A stretch of DNA of 64,000 nt from Marsupella aquatica (lineage: Eukaryota > Plantae > Marchantiophyta). This document shows, one piece after another, positions 22,323 through 35,162 of the stretch (its first letter is position 1; each line of letters opens with the position of its first letter). The stretch covers positions 9,509,832 to 9,573,831 of the forward strand of contig OZ316897.1 of assembly GCA_973895155.1 (NCBI GenBank), read 5' to 3'. The notes under the pieces are model-generated. The model searched no databases, was not told where the DNA came from, and saw only the letters and a program-made list of their open reading frames with translations. The translations under genes were made by a program, and so were the position numbers.

Positions 22323-22786
22323 GGTATAAAACTGGTTCAAGTATTTTCATGTACTGAAGTAGATGCCCCGATGGACATAATAATTGACACCGAGTTGACT
22401 CGTGCAAGGGAAAGTGTAAGCAGAGGAAGTTAAAAGTGGACTCGCAAGAACTCACCTCGTGGGTGAAAAGAGCCATGGAAGAGTGCTTTCGAAGAGGAAC
22501 AAAACTGATTTTGATAGTGATGGACCAGGTCATTTTTTACCCAAAAGACATGCGTTTGTATGGGGCAAAATAGAATGCACTATCGTTCGACAGATCTTTA
22601 AATTTGACCGGGTCTTTGGATTGGGTTTCGGGTCTGTGCCCCTCGTTCGGCGGCTTCTGGAATTGTACAAATTTGAGATGTCTATGGGCTCGATCAGAAT
22701 CTCCACATCGTGGAAGAAATCCATACGTTCTTCCAAAGACCCAGTTACATTTCCCGAGGGCAGAATAACTCGACCAGTACACACAG

Positions 22787-23670
22787 GTGCTCGTATCTGC
22801 AGTCCTGTCTAATGCCCGCCTACCTTCTTAATCTAGATTGCGATCATTACATCAACCACGGTAAAACGCTCAGAGAAGCAATGTGCATCGTGCTGGACCC
22901 GAATATTGGGAAAGGACTCTGCTATGTCCAGTTTCCACAGAGATTTGATGGTATTGATAGTAATGATCGACATGCTAATCACAACACGGTCTTCTTTGAT
23001 ATAAGTTTCACAGATGCCCAACAACTAGATTACTTATCTTTGTTGCTTGAATACGATTCTTACTTCTCTTCTTTCTAAGTAATCGCATCAAATTTTCTAG
23101 TAATGTTATTTCTAAATTCGAACCGCGATGTTGATTCCGAAATACTGATATTATTGATCAACATGAAAGGTCTTGATGGGGTTCAGGGTCCTGTATACGT
23201 GTCTTTAGAAGGCAGCCTCTATTTTGTTATTATCCATTTCCGAAGCTCACCAAGGAAAGCAACAATTGCGCGTGGGTGGAAAGCTGTTGTGACCCTCGCA
23301 AGCCAAAGGAGGAGAGTAGCATTACGCAAACGTCCAGCGAAGAAGAAGAATGTGATGTGTAAGAAAAACAGCACGATCCGAAGTGAGGGAGCTGCCTAAT
23401 CGTTCAAGCGGGAAGACAATCATAGAGAAGAAGTAGAGAGTAAAGTAGAGACTCATCTAGCCAAGCTTGCGTCTTGTAAGAAGACAGACTCGGCCTACCT
23501 GTTATAAATTCACTCCGAAGATTGCTTGCTACCTGGATTGAGTTGAGGTCTCTAAGTAATGTCGTTCGGATTATCGCAGTTGAAGCATCAATCTGATCTC
23601 GACGTCTATCATACAATTCGAGAAGAGTTTCGGACAGTCTCCAGTTTTGATTTAGTCGATACGGCAGCAG
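22787..23670 (+). pseudogene. CESA: Cellulose synthase (CesA) internal fragment, disrupted
   Basis: Translates across frameshifts to [30 protein letters not shown]...[25 protein letters not shown]|INMKGLDGVQGPVYV and later FEKSFGQSPV. The donor after FFD reads ATAAGT instead of GTAAGT. No N- or C-terminal exons nearby. Confidence 0.88.
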
Positions 23671-23724
23671 AAAGGAGGCGCTACAATGGATGGCTGCCAA
23701 CCTTACCATATCATGAGGTTTGTT

Positions 23725-23935
23725 CAGGGAAAACAACCAAATGAATCCAATGCTCTGAATCTTTCTTGCCGATGAGCTTTTTTGTATTGGGATGGACTAA
23801 ATGGTCAAGGGGAAGCACATATGCGCCAAGGGTGCCCATTTCTTTCATCAATGGTCAGGGAAAATAACCAAATGAATCCAATGGCTCTGGATCTTTCTTG
23901 TCGATGAGCTTTTCTGTATTGGGATGAAGGACTAA
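23725..23935. repeat. Direct duplication (~80 bp)
   Basis: TCAGGGAAAA(C/T)AACCAAATGAATCCAATG...GATGAGCTTTT..GTATTGGGATG occurs at ~23725 and ~23856. Confidence 0.75.
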
Positions 23936-24065
23936 AAAATGTGGGATCCCTTATTATAGTTGTAGATTATGGTAACTGCTCAAGGAAGCTTACAACGTCA
24001 TGAGGTTAGTTGATAGGGTCAAAGCTGGGTGTGTGAAAGTCATGGATTTATGGTCCATCCGGTAG

Positions 24066-24345
24066 CTCTAGTTGTGGGACCAAGTTGAGTTGGACCATGT
24101 TGAGTTATTCTAAAAATGGGGGAGCTTTAGTTGTGGGACAGAGTTAAAGGATTCTCTACAATGGGAGGAGGTAGCATTGGCCCGCCCCATAGGCATGCGT
24201 TACTGCCTCATAGAGTAACTCTAGTTGTGGGACCATGTTGAGTTATTTTTAAAATGGGGGGAGCTTTACTTGTGGGACAGAGTGAAACTATTCCTTAAAA
24301 TGGGAGGAGGTAGCATTGACCCGCCCCATAGGGCAGGCATTACTG
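24066..24345. repeat. Tandem duplication (~150 bp)
   Basis: CTCTAGTTGTGGGACC...AAAATGGGGGAGCTTTA.TTGTGGGACAGAGT...ATGGGAGGAGGTAGCATTG.CCCGCCCCATAGG occurs twice. Confidence 0.8.
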
Positions 24346-26712
24346 CCTGATCTCAGTCTCATAGGATATGGTTTTTTTTAGTCCAGCTTCCACCCTAAAC
24401 ACAACAGCCATCACAAACATCAGGTTCAAAGTCCCACTTGCCTTCAATTGGCTGCAACTTCCCAGATTTCCAGATTTCCAGATTTCTCAATTCACAGCTA
24501 AAGTTGTGGGAAAATTGTTAAAGTTGTTGATTAAGTGTTGAGCTTGTGACATTGTTAAAGTAAGGAGATCAGCTCTCACAACTTTTATGAGAAGACAATA
24601 GCATGGTATAGTAGAGCTTAATGTGGGCTCAGTAAAATCTCCACTGATGCTAGCACCCAACGTGACACTTGATGTAGACAGTCTGTCTAAATAATGTGGG
24701 CAGACCCCTTGAAAGTTGGTCGTGGGGGCATGCAATAGATTGGATGCCAGCTTGGACAATGCATCTTGAAGCCAGTGAGCTGGGACCATGCACAAACACA
24801 AGGGAAAGTTAAGCTTGGGTTCTTGGGAGAATGGCCTTGACTCGCCTCCTTTCCCTGCAGTCTTGTTTTCACTAGGGTTACTCCACTTCGGTATGGATGT
24901 GGAGGAGGGAGAGAAAAATCATTAGGTGTAGAGTCAAAGAGAAAAATCACAAAGGACATGAAATGTGGATAAGAAGAAATTATCTGCATTCAAAAATTTT
25001 ACATGTAATCTTCATGAGCAAATGTTAAAGCTGTTATATGATCTTATAATTTTGAGCTCAATGTTGGTGCAAGAATCACAAAAATAGCTATCAAAATCAT
25101 ATCGCGATTCACGTCTCTACACGCTTACTCAAAGTGACACTAAAAAAATTCACTTTGCATGTCACCCTATGATCACCAGTCCAATCTGTAATCTGATCTA
25201 CCTAACAATGCCTAAGTTCCCTCTAGTTGGCATTGTATTTGTGCTTCAAAGAATCGCCCACTGTCGAGGTCTCATCCCTGTTCTGAGCGGGGACGTCGGT
25301 GATCAGGCCTTCCTCACTGCTCCTCTGCAGACAGTCAATCAGAGTCTGTGCGTGCTCTTTAGTCAAGTTGACCAGCATGTCGATCGACATCTTGAAGTCG
25401 TGCCTCAGCCTTGTCACCTGGGTCAGGTGCGCTCCCTTTGTGTGCTGAATGTATTTGTGTGTTGCCTCCTTCTTGGTCAGCTGGTCCTCGTCGAAAGGGA
25501 CAAAACAATGAGACACACGAGAGGGTATGAAGCTAGCCCAATTTGCAGAGCAGCTGCTATCACATTACGGGACTTTACAAAGACCAAGAGACTGGCCGCT
25601 GCACAATGGCTATGTACAATATGCAAATTTGGCCTTTCTGATCAGCCTTCCTTGACTCAGCAGATCTATAACAAGTGGATGCATTGAGATGGAGCCAGGA
25701 TGGAAAATAAATAGAAAGGGACTTATGACTAGCTAGAATGGCATTGTGTTCAGACCGAGAATGTCCCTTCAGTTCAGCCCTGCAAGCCTCTTAGCTGCTA
25801 CAGGAGAGCATTCCAAAGCCGGCATTCTAAATCTCAATCATCATTGGGATTGCTTGCCTTACGGAGGACAATAGGCAAATCCTTTGATTCTAGTCTATCA
25901 GGAAAGTGATTCATTCCAAAGCCGGCATTCCAAATCTCAATCATCATTGGGATTGCTTGCCTTACGGAGTAAGGCAATCCTTCGATTCTAGTCTATCAAG
26001 AAAGTGAACTTCTATAGATCAGGTGTCTGATAAGATCTCTGCTGATTTTTTCAATCCTATATATTTCTACTAACGAAGTCCTTCGTTTCTAAACTACCAG
26101 GAAAGTGAGCTTTCATAGACCAAAAGTTTGATAACATATCTGATGACTTTTTCAATCCTATCGATTGCTGTGAAACATTATTTATATTCAATAGTCACTT
26201 TCTGTTGCATAAAAATTCACTTTTGGGGGTGTCAAAAAGTGAGGATTCTCCATAGCTACCCAATATGCTTGCCATGCTGTGTTGTGGGTCTAACCTTGTG
26301 CTCTCCTAGAAAGAAAAAGTGATCCACTGATTTAGGACACCTGACATCCTCAACATCCTGAATGCTGCTCGAACAGAAGATAATCATCACTGTCACTAGA
26401 TCGCAAAGCAGCGTAGACCAGCACCTAATCCCACTCCCAATTATCAACCACCAGTACCACTGTCGATTCTTGTTAACATTTGTAGCAGAGTGGTACAGAT
26501 TCTCACAATAGGTGATTCACCTTCTACCTAGTACAGTAGCTCTACAGATGTGCGGAAGCCTTGTCAAAGAAATAACATCGCCGAGAATCAGCTGATAATC
26601 ACAGCTGTGACAATCCGCAAGTATAATCACACTACGGATGTGCGGAGGCCTTGTGAAAGCAAACAACAAAAGAATACAAAAAGTCAAATGAAACACGAGT
26701 TTAGCAATACAC

Positions 26713-27115
26713 TGTTGAGCATAGACGACGATCGCAACGGCAAGCCCATGAACCATCCAACGCACAAAAGTCGACACAAGAGATACGTGGTTCACCTCCT
26801 TGAGGCTACGTCCACGGGAACACACAAGAGAGCTTTACTGAACTCTAAGCCCGTCGGCTATACCGAGTCTCCACAGTGTAAGCTCTCCCTATCTCTCAAG
26901 TGGCTCCATAACAATGAGCCTTGGTTCTACCTCTCCAAGCACACATGCCTCTTATGATATAGTGTGCAACTTAGTTGTACCTAACCACGTAGTTGTACCT
27001 AACCACATAGTTGTATCTAATCACGTAGTTGTACCTAACCACGTAGTTGTACCAACCCACGTTGTTGTACCAACCACGTCATACCTAACCTAGACGTAAG
27101 AGTAAATACCCAACA
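26713..27115 (-). repeat. 3' LTR of the Copia element (403 bp) containing ~5 copies of the 18-bp unit AGTTGTACCTAACCACGT
   Basis: Direct repeat of 32765-33167 with about 6 substitutions counted by eye. Confidence 0.95.
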
Positions 27116-27305
27116 ATCTTCCCCTTGACTCTGGTCTAGGGGAGAGTAATACTGCCAATGTATATGATCCCTCAGCGGGAAGTTCTGGACAAAAACCAAA
27201 CCGATTTCCCTCTCTAACTAGAGCAAACCAGAACTAAGCCGTAGCCTAATACATAGGAATGAGGAAGAGCATATATCAGTAATTACAATGAATATTAAGA
27301 AAACT

Positions 27306-30300
27306 CTACTTGTGATGCAATTGCAAAACCTGCAATACGTCACGGTGTCTAGAGAAACTCTCCAAAGGAATCACTTTGGTAAATGCGTCAGTCGGGTTGA
27401 GTTTACCATCAATCTTGACTAGCTCAAACAAATTATCAAACACAGCCTGCCTGATAAAATGGTACCTGACGTCAATGTGCTTCACTCTACTGTCCATCAC
27501 CTAGTTCACAACAAGGTGGAGCGCACTTTGACTATCACAATGAAGCTTCACATTCCCCTCTGGCAATCCCATTTCAGTGATAAGTCTATCCAACCAAATC
27601 GCTTCCTTTGCTGCTTCCGCAGCTGCAACATACTCCGCTTCTGTAGTAGACTGAGCAATACACTTCTACAAAGTAGATCTCCAACTTATGCATCCACCGC
27701 CAAGTGTGAACACGTATCCTGTTGTTGATCTCCTTCGGTCCAAATCTTGTCCATAGTCAGAATCAACATAGCCAATCAATGATTTAGCATTCTTTGCATT
27801 CCCATCAAATAAAAGACCATGATCCACGGTACCTTTCAAGTACCTGATAATCCACTTCACTGCTTCCCAGTGTACCTTCCCTGGATTCGACATGTACCTG
27901 CTCACCTTGCCCATAGCCATGGCAAGATCAGGTCTAGTGCAAGTCATCAAATACATGAGACTCCCCACTGCCTTGTCATACGGAACCTTTGACATCAACC
28001 CCTTCTCTGTGTCATCCGTAGGACAGAACGCTGATGATAACTTGAAGTGTGGAGCCAACGGGGTACTTACTGGCTTGCTATTCCCCATGTTGAACCTTGC
28101 AATTACCTTCCTTGCATAACTGCTCTGCGTCAACCATAGCTTGCCAGCCTCCAAGTCCCTAGTGATCTCCATACCCAAAATCCTCTTAGCTGGCCCTAAG
28201 TCCTTCATCTTAAACTCTGCACTAAGCAGTGCCTTGAGCTTAACAATCTTAGACCTATCCTTGGCTGCAATTAGCATATCATCCACATAAAGTACTAAAA
28301 CAATGAACCCAAAGACAACATTCTTTACCGGTTTCAAATACACACAAGGGTCAAATACACTTCTGTGAAAACCTTGTGACCAAATCCAATCGTCAAACCG
28401 CTTGTTCCATTGTCTTGGTGACTGCTTCAACCCATACAAGGATTTCAGCAATCTGCAAACCAAATCCTCCTGTCCTCTCTTCACAAAACCTAGCGGTTGT
28501 CTCATGAAGATCACCTCTTCCAATGTGCCATAGAGGAAAGTTGTGACAACATCCATCTGATCTAGCAGCAGACCAAACATTACAACAAGTACACACAATA
28601 GTCGTATTGTAGAGTACTTAGCAACTGGTGAGAAGACCTCATTGTAATCCACACCTTTCTCTTGTGTGAATCCCTTTGCTACCAACCTAGCCTTGTAGAC
28701 CTTCGATCCACCTCCTATGGAATTATCCTTCAGCTTGTAAATCCACTTGTTGTCCACCACTTGCTGACCCTTAGGCAGCTTAACAAGCTCCCAAGTTTTG
28801 TTGTCCTTTAGTGACTGCATCTCCGTTTGCATTGCTGCAGTCCACTTATGCTTCTCCTTTGAAGCACTTGCCTCATGAAATGAAGAAGGTTCCCCTTCTT
28901 CCAAAGTTAACGCATCACCCTCATCATCAGTTGTAAAATCATCCTCTTGCAGTTGAGATGAATCAATCCACTGTCCATACCTTGGTGGAGCGCGTACAGT
29001 GCGACCAGATGTTCTTCTAGCCGATGACTCCGGTTGATCTGCGTGTGCTGGTACAATTTGAAGCTCAACAACATCCACTTGCTGCTCACCAGCATCAACA
29101 AACTCCTCTGGTTCCTCTGGCACAGGAACCAGCTCCATAATTGGAGCAACTCCTTCTCTCTGGTCATGCACATCATAACCAATCTCCCCCTCAATGAGAT
29201 CCAGGATAGGAGATTTTCCTTTGTCAGTACGGGAGACCTGAGTATTCTCCCCCTCCTTCAATAATCTGGATTCATTGAAGGAAACATCCCTACTGACAAC
29301 GAGCTTACAGGCAATAGGATCCCATACCTATAGGCTTTCACACCACTCTGGTACCCAAGAAAAACACATTTCTTGGAGGTAGGATCCAACTTGGTCCTAT
29401 TCTGCTTCGGTGTGAGAGCATATGCATCACTTCCAAAAACTACCAAGCCATGATAGTCTGCTTGCCGCTTATAGCGCATCTCAAACGGCGTTTTGAAATT
29501 GATAGCACTAGAAGGAGAAAGATTTACCAAATAAGCTGCGGTATTGACAGCTTCTGCCCAAAATTCTTGTGGTAAACCTGATTGGCTCAACATACTCCGT
29601 GACCGCTCCAACAGTGTTCGATTGAGCCTCTCAGCGACACCATTCTGCTGCGGAGTATAAACTATGGTGAGATGACGAGTTATCCCCTGTTCTGAACAAT
29701 ACTCTTCAAATTCCATTGAAGTGTACTCCTCGCCGTTGTCTGACCTCAGACTCTTCACCCTTGTATCAAAACACTTGATTGTGTTTCCAGTCTGATTCTC
29801 CACCTGGGCCTTTCACTTCTTAAAAATGGACAAGACATCAGACTTATGCGTCATGAAATAAATCCACACAAATCTTGAGTAATCATCAATAAATGATACA
29901 TAGTACAACTTTTCAGAGTGTGAGGGAGTCGGGGATGGACCCCACACGTCACTATGTATGTACTCAAGAACCACTTTGGAACGATGAATTCCAACACCAA
30001 AAGCAGGACGATGCTGCTTTCCAAGAATGCAATGCTCACAAAACTCTAATTTACAAGATTGCAAATCAGAAATGAGTCCATTCTTCCGTAAGATAGCCAA
30101 ACCCTTCTCACTCATGTGGCCTAGCCGTGAATGCCACAGTTGAGTCATCTCCTCGTGAGACTTGGTTACATTGGCCTCTCCACATACAGTATTGCCCTGT
30201 AACACATACAAATTCTTTTGTCTACTCCCCTTCAAAATCACTATCTCTCCCGACCTAACTTGAAGTTCACCATCAATAACGCTCCATTGATGACCATTTG

Positions 30301-31519
30301 AATCCAACACACCGAGTGAAATCAGATTCTTACGCATGCCAGGTACATACCTGACTCCGGACACTGTGCGCACAGCGCCATCAAACATTTGAATCTTCAC
30401 AGACCCAATTCCCTCAATTTGACAAGAGTGATCATTTCCCATCAGAACTGAACCGTTTGAAACAGAGTAAGAACTGAAAAACTCACGAATGTAACAAATA
30501 TGAAAAGAGCAAGCACAATTAAGAATCCACACATCATCTGCTCTCCTAGATGACGTGCACAGGGCATACCCCCGGCTTCATAAAACATACTCATCATTGA
30601 GTAAATCAGCTTCTCCATCAGCCCTAGCCACATTTGCCGATGAAGTTTCCGCTGCCTTTCCCTTACAGTCTCGCTTGAAGTATCCAACTTGGTTGCACTT
30701 CCACCATGTCACCTGCCTCCTCTGAGGGGATTTACCCTTGGACTTAGATCTGGATTTAGATCTAAACTGGGTTCTACGGTCCCCAGTTGGTCGCTGCATA
30801 CTCCTCCCACGGTTAACATTGAGGGCAGCACCAGATGATGAAGGCTGTGACGTGATGTGCATCTTTTGCTGAAGATCATCACTAAGCAGAGAACTTACCA
30901 CGTCATTGTATGAAATGGTATCCCTATCACGATGCAACAACACTCGTTATAGGGACTGGTAAGATGGAGGCAATGAACTAAGAAGCTGTAGAGCCTTCGT
31001 CTCATCATTCAAAGTCTCCCCAAGGTTTTCCAAGTCAACGACCATGTCGTTGAAAGCATCCACATGGTCTTGCAACTTCGTACCGGATTCCTTCATCCTG
31101 AAACTCATCAGTTTGTAGGAAGTGTAGAGCCGGTTCGACAACTCCTTGCGGTGATACTTGCTCTGCAATTCCGCAAACAAGGACATGCAATCCTTATGTG
31201 CACCCAACTGCTTGATGATGGGAGGCATGAGATAGAGTGTAACACACCACACTCCCTGCTCCTGCATGCGGTCCCATTGTTTCTCATCAACATCGTCTTC
31301 ACGAGGGCTTAGCAGTTGGCCCATCCCTGACGCATAGAGCACTCCCTTCACCTGCTTCTCCCATAGCAAGTAGTCAGAGCGCCCATCATACTTTGTCACT
31401 TCATACTTGGGTCCCCCAAGCTTGAAAGTCCCCATCTTCTTCTTTGGCACTACCGTGAGCTCCGGTAGTAGTACTGCTTCCTCCACCACACGCCGCACCG
31501 GTGATGGTATCGGTGTCAC
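27306..31519 (-). pseudogene. Copia gag-pol polyprotein with in-frame stops and a frameshift
   Basis: Gag (KYDGRSDYLLW, LLSSLPPSY), protease region WILNCACSFH, GAG-pre-integrase LWHSRLGH..CEHC, integrase (HSDVWGP, FIDDYSR, LRSDNGEEY, PQQNGVAER), RT (YKARLVAKGF, QMDV, LYGLKQSPRQW, LYVDDML), RNase H (GYVDSD, KHIDVRYHFIR). Stops at ~30947, 30578, 29813, 27666 and ~27501; frameshift near 29325. Confidence 0.95.
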
Positions 31520-32764
31520 GTGCTCTTCCTCCTACTCCTCTCTCTGCCCCTGAAACCTCCGCGGTGATCCTCGTGCTTCAAGTTCCACGTCTTCGAAAAA
31601 CTCCTCCGAATCACTCATATGAGAAAATCACAAAAAATGTTGTTTTTCACAACTTCTCAAAAAACTTGAAACTCAACACCGCCGCGTAGCCCACAAAGCT
31701 AGGAGTCCAATACTGAAAACCGAAATCAAAATCAAAATTTGACGAAAAAGTTATTCAAATTTTGGTCGAGGTGGGTAAAACCTTGGGAAACTCCCCCGTT
31801 TTGACCACCTCAGGGAATAACTGAAATACCAAGTACAACCCGTTGTCGGAATTGCGATGTGATTGGTGCGCCGCGTTGCCAACTTCAATGGCTACGACCT
31901 CGCCGAAAAATAACCAAAAAAGTTACCGTTCAGCAGATGAAATCTTTGTCGAACGGTCAAAAAACAACTCTATGGTTTTTTGGAATATTTTATGACCCTT
32001 GTACAGGCCCTGTGAGAATTTTGGAAGAACAATCGAGGGGCTGACACGTGTCCTCGAACCCCCAAAACCCCCTACCACCCTTCGTCGTCGAAATCTGGTC
32101 GCGCGCGCAGAAAATACACACGGCAGAATGTACCCCTCGACACCAAATGCAAGATATCTCACTCGAGTTTTGACGAAATCAAGATCTGATTTCAGATTTG
32201 GAAACTAGACTCCGAGGCGGTGAAGATCGATATAAGAAGCACCCAAAACGAGGAAAGAACGAGGGAGAAAAAAAATTGGTAAAGATGACAGATTTCTCTC
32301 AATTGCCATAGCCAATTTCGAATCAGTTTTAAAAAAATGGTACCTTGTCAACAACGAATGTTGATCAATTGCACTTGGTGCCGTCACCAAGTCCAACAAG
32401 GTAATTGATTTTTCTTAGCCTTCCTCTTTGCATCAAAGAGCCAATCCCGGACTCAAAACAATCGTCTTGCCTCAATCTCTCCGTTGAGTCAAAACACTTG
32501 ACGCTTCTCCCTCCGAGTCGATTGCCAACTTTCTTCACAAAATCCAGAACGACGAAAACTTAGATCTCTTTGCACCACGAGCTCCGTTCAGCGATTTCTT
32601 CACACCGTTAGAAAGCTCTTGCCCTGATCTATCCGTTGAGCCAATAAACTCCAAGTTCCATGCAACGGAACTCTGGGAAATCCACCGACACTCAACGCTG
32701 GGAAAACCGTCATGAAATCCCGTCACGAACACACGTCACCTCCCAAGCATGCTCTGATACCAAT

Positions 32765-33167
32765 TGTTGAGCATAGACGACGATCGCAACGGCAAGCCCA
32801 TGAACCATCCAACGCACAATAGTCGACAGAAGAGATACGTGGTTCACCTCCTTGAGGCTACGTCCACGGGAACACACAAGAGAGCTTTACTGAACTCTAA
32901 GCCCGTCGGCTATACCGAGTCTTCATAGTGTAAGCTCTCCTTATCTCTCAAGTGGCTCCATAACAATGAGCCTTGGTTCTACCTCTCCAAGCACACATGC
33001 CTCTTATGATATAGTGTGCAACTTAGTTGTACCTAACCACGTAGTTGTACCTAACCACATAGTTGTACCTAATCACGTAGTTGTACCTAACCACGTAGTT
33101 GTACCAACCCACGTTGTTGTACCAACCACGTCATACCTAACCTAGACGTAAGAGTAAATACCCAACA
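32765..33167 (-). repeat. 5' LTR of the Copia element (403 bp)
   Basis: Direct repeat of 26713-27115, followed on the minus strand by the PBS. Confidence 0.95.
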
Positions 33168-35162
33168 TACACATACCAAGATCGAGCTACGCACAACTAC
33201 AGCTCTCCACACAATTCAAAATTGGTCGAAAAGAGAGCTTCCAATTCCCACCAAAATGCTCTACTACGACAAGCCCAAATACGTCCAATCTGCGACCAAG
33301 TCCCAGACAAAAAATTTGCTCAATTCTGTCAACACATCCGAAGAAAAGAAAAGCTTCTTTCACCAAATTGCAAATCCTCTCGACCAAATGAGTCTCGACG
33401 GGCTCTCCACACTGGACAACAGGTTGTCACGGCCTCATGCAGAATCATAGAATTGCGTTATTTTGTTTTCTATCTTTGAAGGAAAACGTCGTTATCTCCT
33501 CCACCAAGAGTTTGGCAGCCCGGGACGAGAGCCCCTTACAGCACTAAGCCACGGATAACTTAGCATAGCTCTTTGAGAAAAGGATTTGAAGATAGACCGT
33601 TGTTTCCAAAATCTTTACCGAAAACTATGCGAAAATCATGAAGAAGCCAGCAATAGAGAGGAATGCAAACGGGCCAAACTGAATTGCTTCAGGTTTCCAC
33701 ATACAGAGAGGATCATGTGTCAGTGAGACGTGACATTACTTACTTGCTCTATTTTAGAGGCATTTAGAGGCATTTTAGAGGCATAGTAAACAATTTTAAA
33801 ATACTCAAACGATAACTAATACAGTTATAGTGAAAAAAATGTTATCTCTTTCTTGTATTCTTTTTTTTCTTACGATTGATAGTTACTGCATGGTGCCCCA
33901 AAAATTACGTTGCTTTTGCCACAAACATGACAGAGACTTTTTTGTTTTACAGAAAACTTGCTCTGTCCTATTTGCCACCATCCTTGCTGATGTGACTTGT
34001 CCTAGTGCCCGAGATTTTGCAAGAGACCCCTAATGGGGGTCCGTAATGAATATGAGAGTGACAGGGGCTAAATACTTTGTACATGTGGTGTATACATATT
34101 TTTAACAAGAGTACATTGAAAATTGATTCTAAACACTATATTTGATGGACTGATGTTGATAATTTTATGGTCATGTTACAATTAAAAAATGGAAAAACTA
34201 ATATGACAGGTCATGAGAAAGGGTTAATGGGACAAGGTACCCAAGGGCCTCCTTAAGTATATTTGAAAAGTGAGGGGCTCGTAAGGAATATGTTTCATTA
34301 GAGGAACCCCATCAAGGATTTTGCTGCAAAAATGTTGACAAATCCTACACTACGCTTGGCAAATAACGTGCACGAAAGCTTTCTACACCGACCAGTCTAC
34401 GAGAACTCTTACCGAAATGTGGTCACAGGTCTACTTAGCATATGGAAATTCCATCATTGCTTTTGAACAGTACCGTTTCATGGACATCTCAGTTCTTTTA
34501 GATCTGAACACCAATATTCGAAGGAGAGATTTCTGTCAAGCGCTCTGTTTCGAGATCAGGTGTGGAAAGGAAACTTCCCCGCTTCATCTATGAGCGGGAT
34601 GAATTTTTCCTTACCAGTTGAAACTAGTGAGCAAGGCCCACAAAGGGGAATCAAAGGGAAGGTGGGACGAAGCAGCGGGAGGAGACTGAATTCAACTTAC
34701 ACGGAAATCTGTCTTTATAATAAAAGGTTTATTCACCAGAGGTCGTCCAAGGCCATGTGCACTGTCTTCTCGGTCAACTGCTCAGCTCCTGCTCTCCAAT
34801 CATGGCTATGATCCAAGCGTGGGGAGCCGTTTACTGCATTGATTTCAATAAAACAGATCTTTCGAAGTGAAATGGCCAAAAAGGTCACCCGCCGACAAGG
34901 AGGGCCTTTAGCCACATAGATCTAGTCTGTTGGTAGGGACGCCGAAACTATGGGGGGCACTGATCCAGAGCTTACAATGAAATCCATACATACAGATAAT
35001 TTGTGCCATGACACAGAGTTGCTGTCACATCTAAATCTTACCATTCTGGTAGAGTAGCGAATGGTTACAGTATTAGTGGGTTATTGTCCTGCAGGTAGTC
35101 GACAGCTCCAAGCAGGAAATCTGGGATGCCAATCGGGTTATCAGGAGCACCATAGTTGCAGT

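Larger units (their letters stand above)
26713..33167 (-). mobile_element. Full-length Ty1/Copia LTR retrotransposon (6455 bp), coding region disabled
   Basis: TG...CA LTRs at 26713-27115 and 32765-33167. 5-bp TSD TACAC at 26708-26712 and 33168-33172. tRNA-iMet PBS TGGTATCAGAGC (32751-32762, minus) and PPT AAGGGGAAGAT next to the 3' LTR. Domain order gag-PR-INT-RT-RNaseH. Confidence 0.97.
25022..34326 (-). mobile_element. Degenerate MULE relic of the same family as 7175-9540; outer left end missing; interrupted by a Copia element
   Basis: 25022-25160 matches the inner left arm and ORF end of the foldback element (...GCTTACTCAAAGTGACACTAAA.AAATTCACTT). ~34050-34326 matches its right terminus (...ATTAGAGG..CCCCATCAAG.ATTTT.CTG). 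A broken SWIM-like stretch, YCT*PLCSGQSLGLCK/VIAAA, lies on the minus strand at ~25545-25625. Confidence 0.6.

Noticed and set aside
26970-27085. Regular 18-bp repeats resembling a CRISPR array or telomeric tract
   Set aside because: Contiguous tandem units with no unique spacers, present in both LTRs; eukaryotic context and no cas genes.
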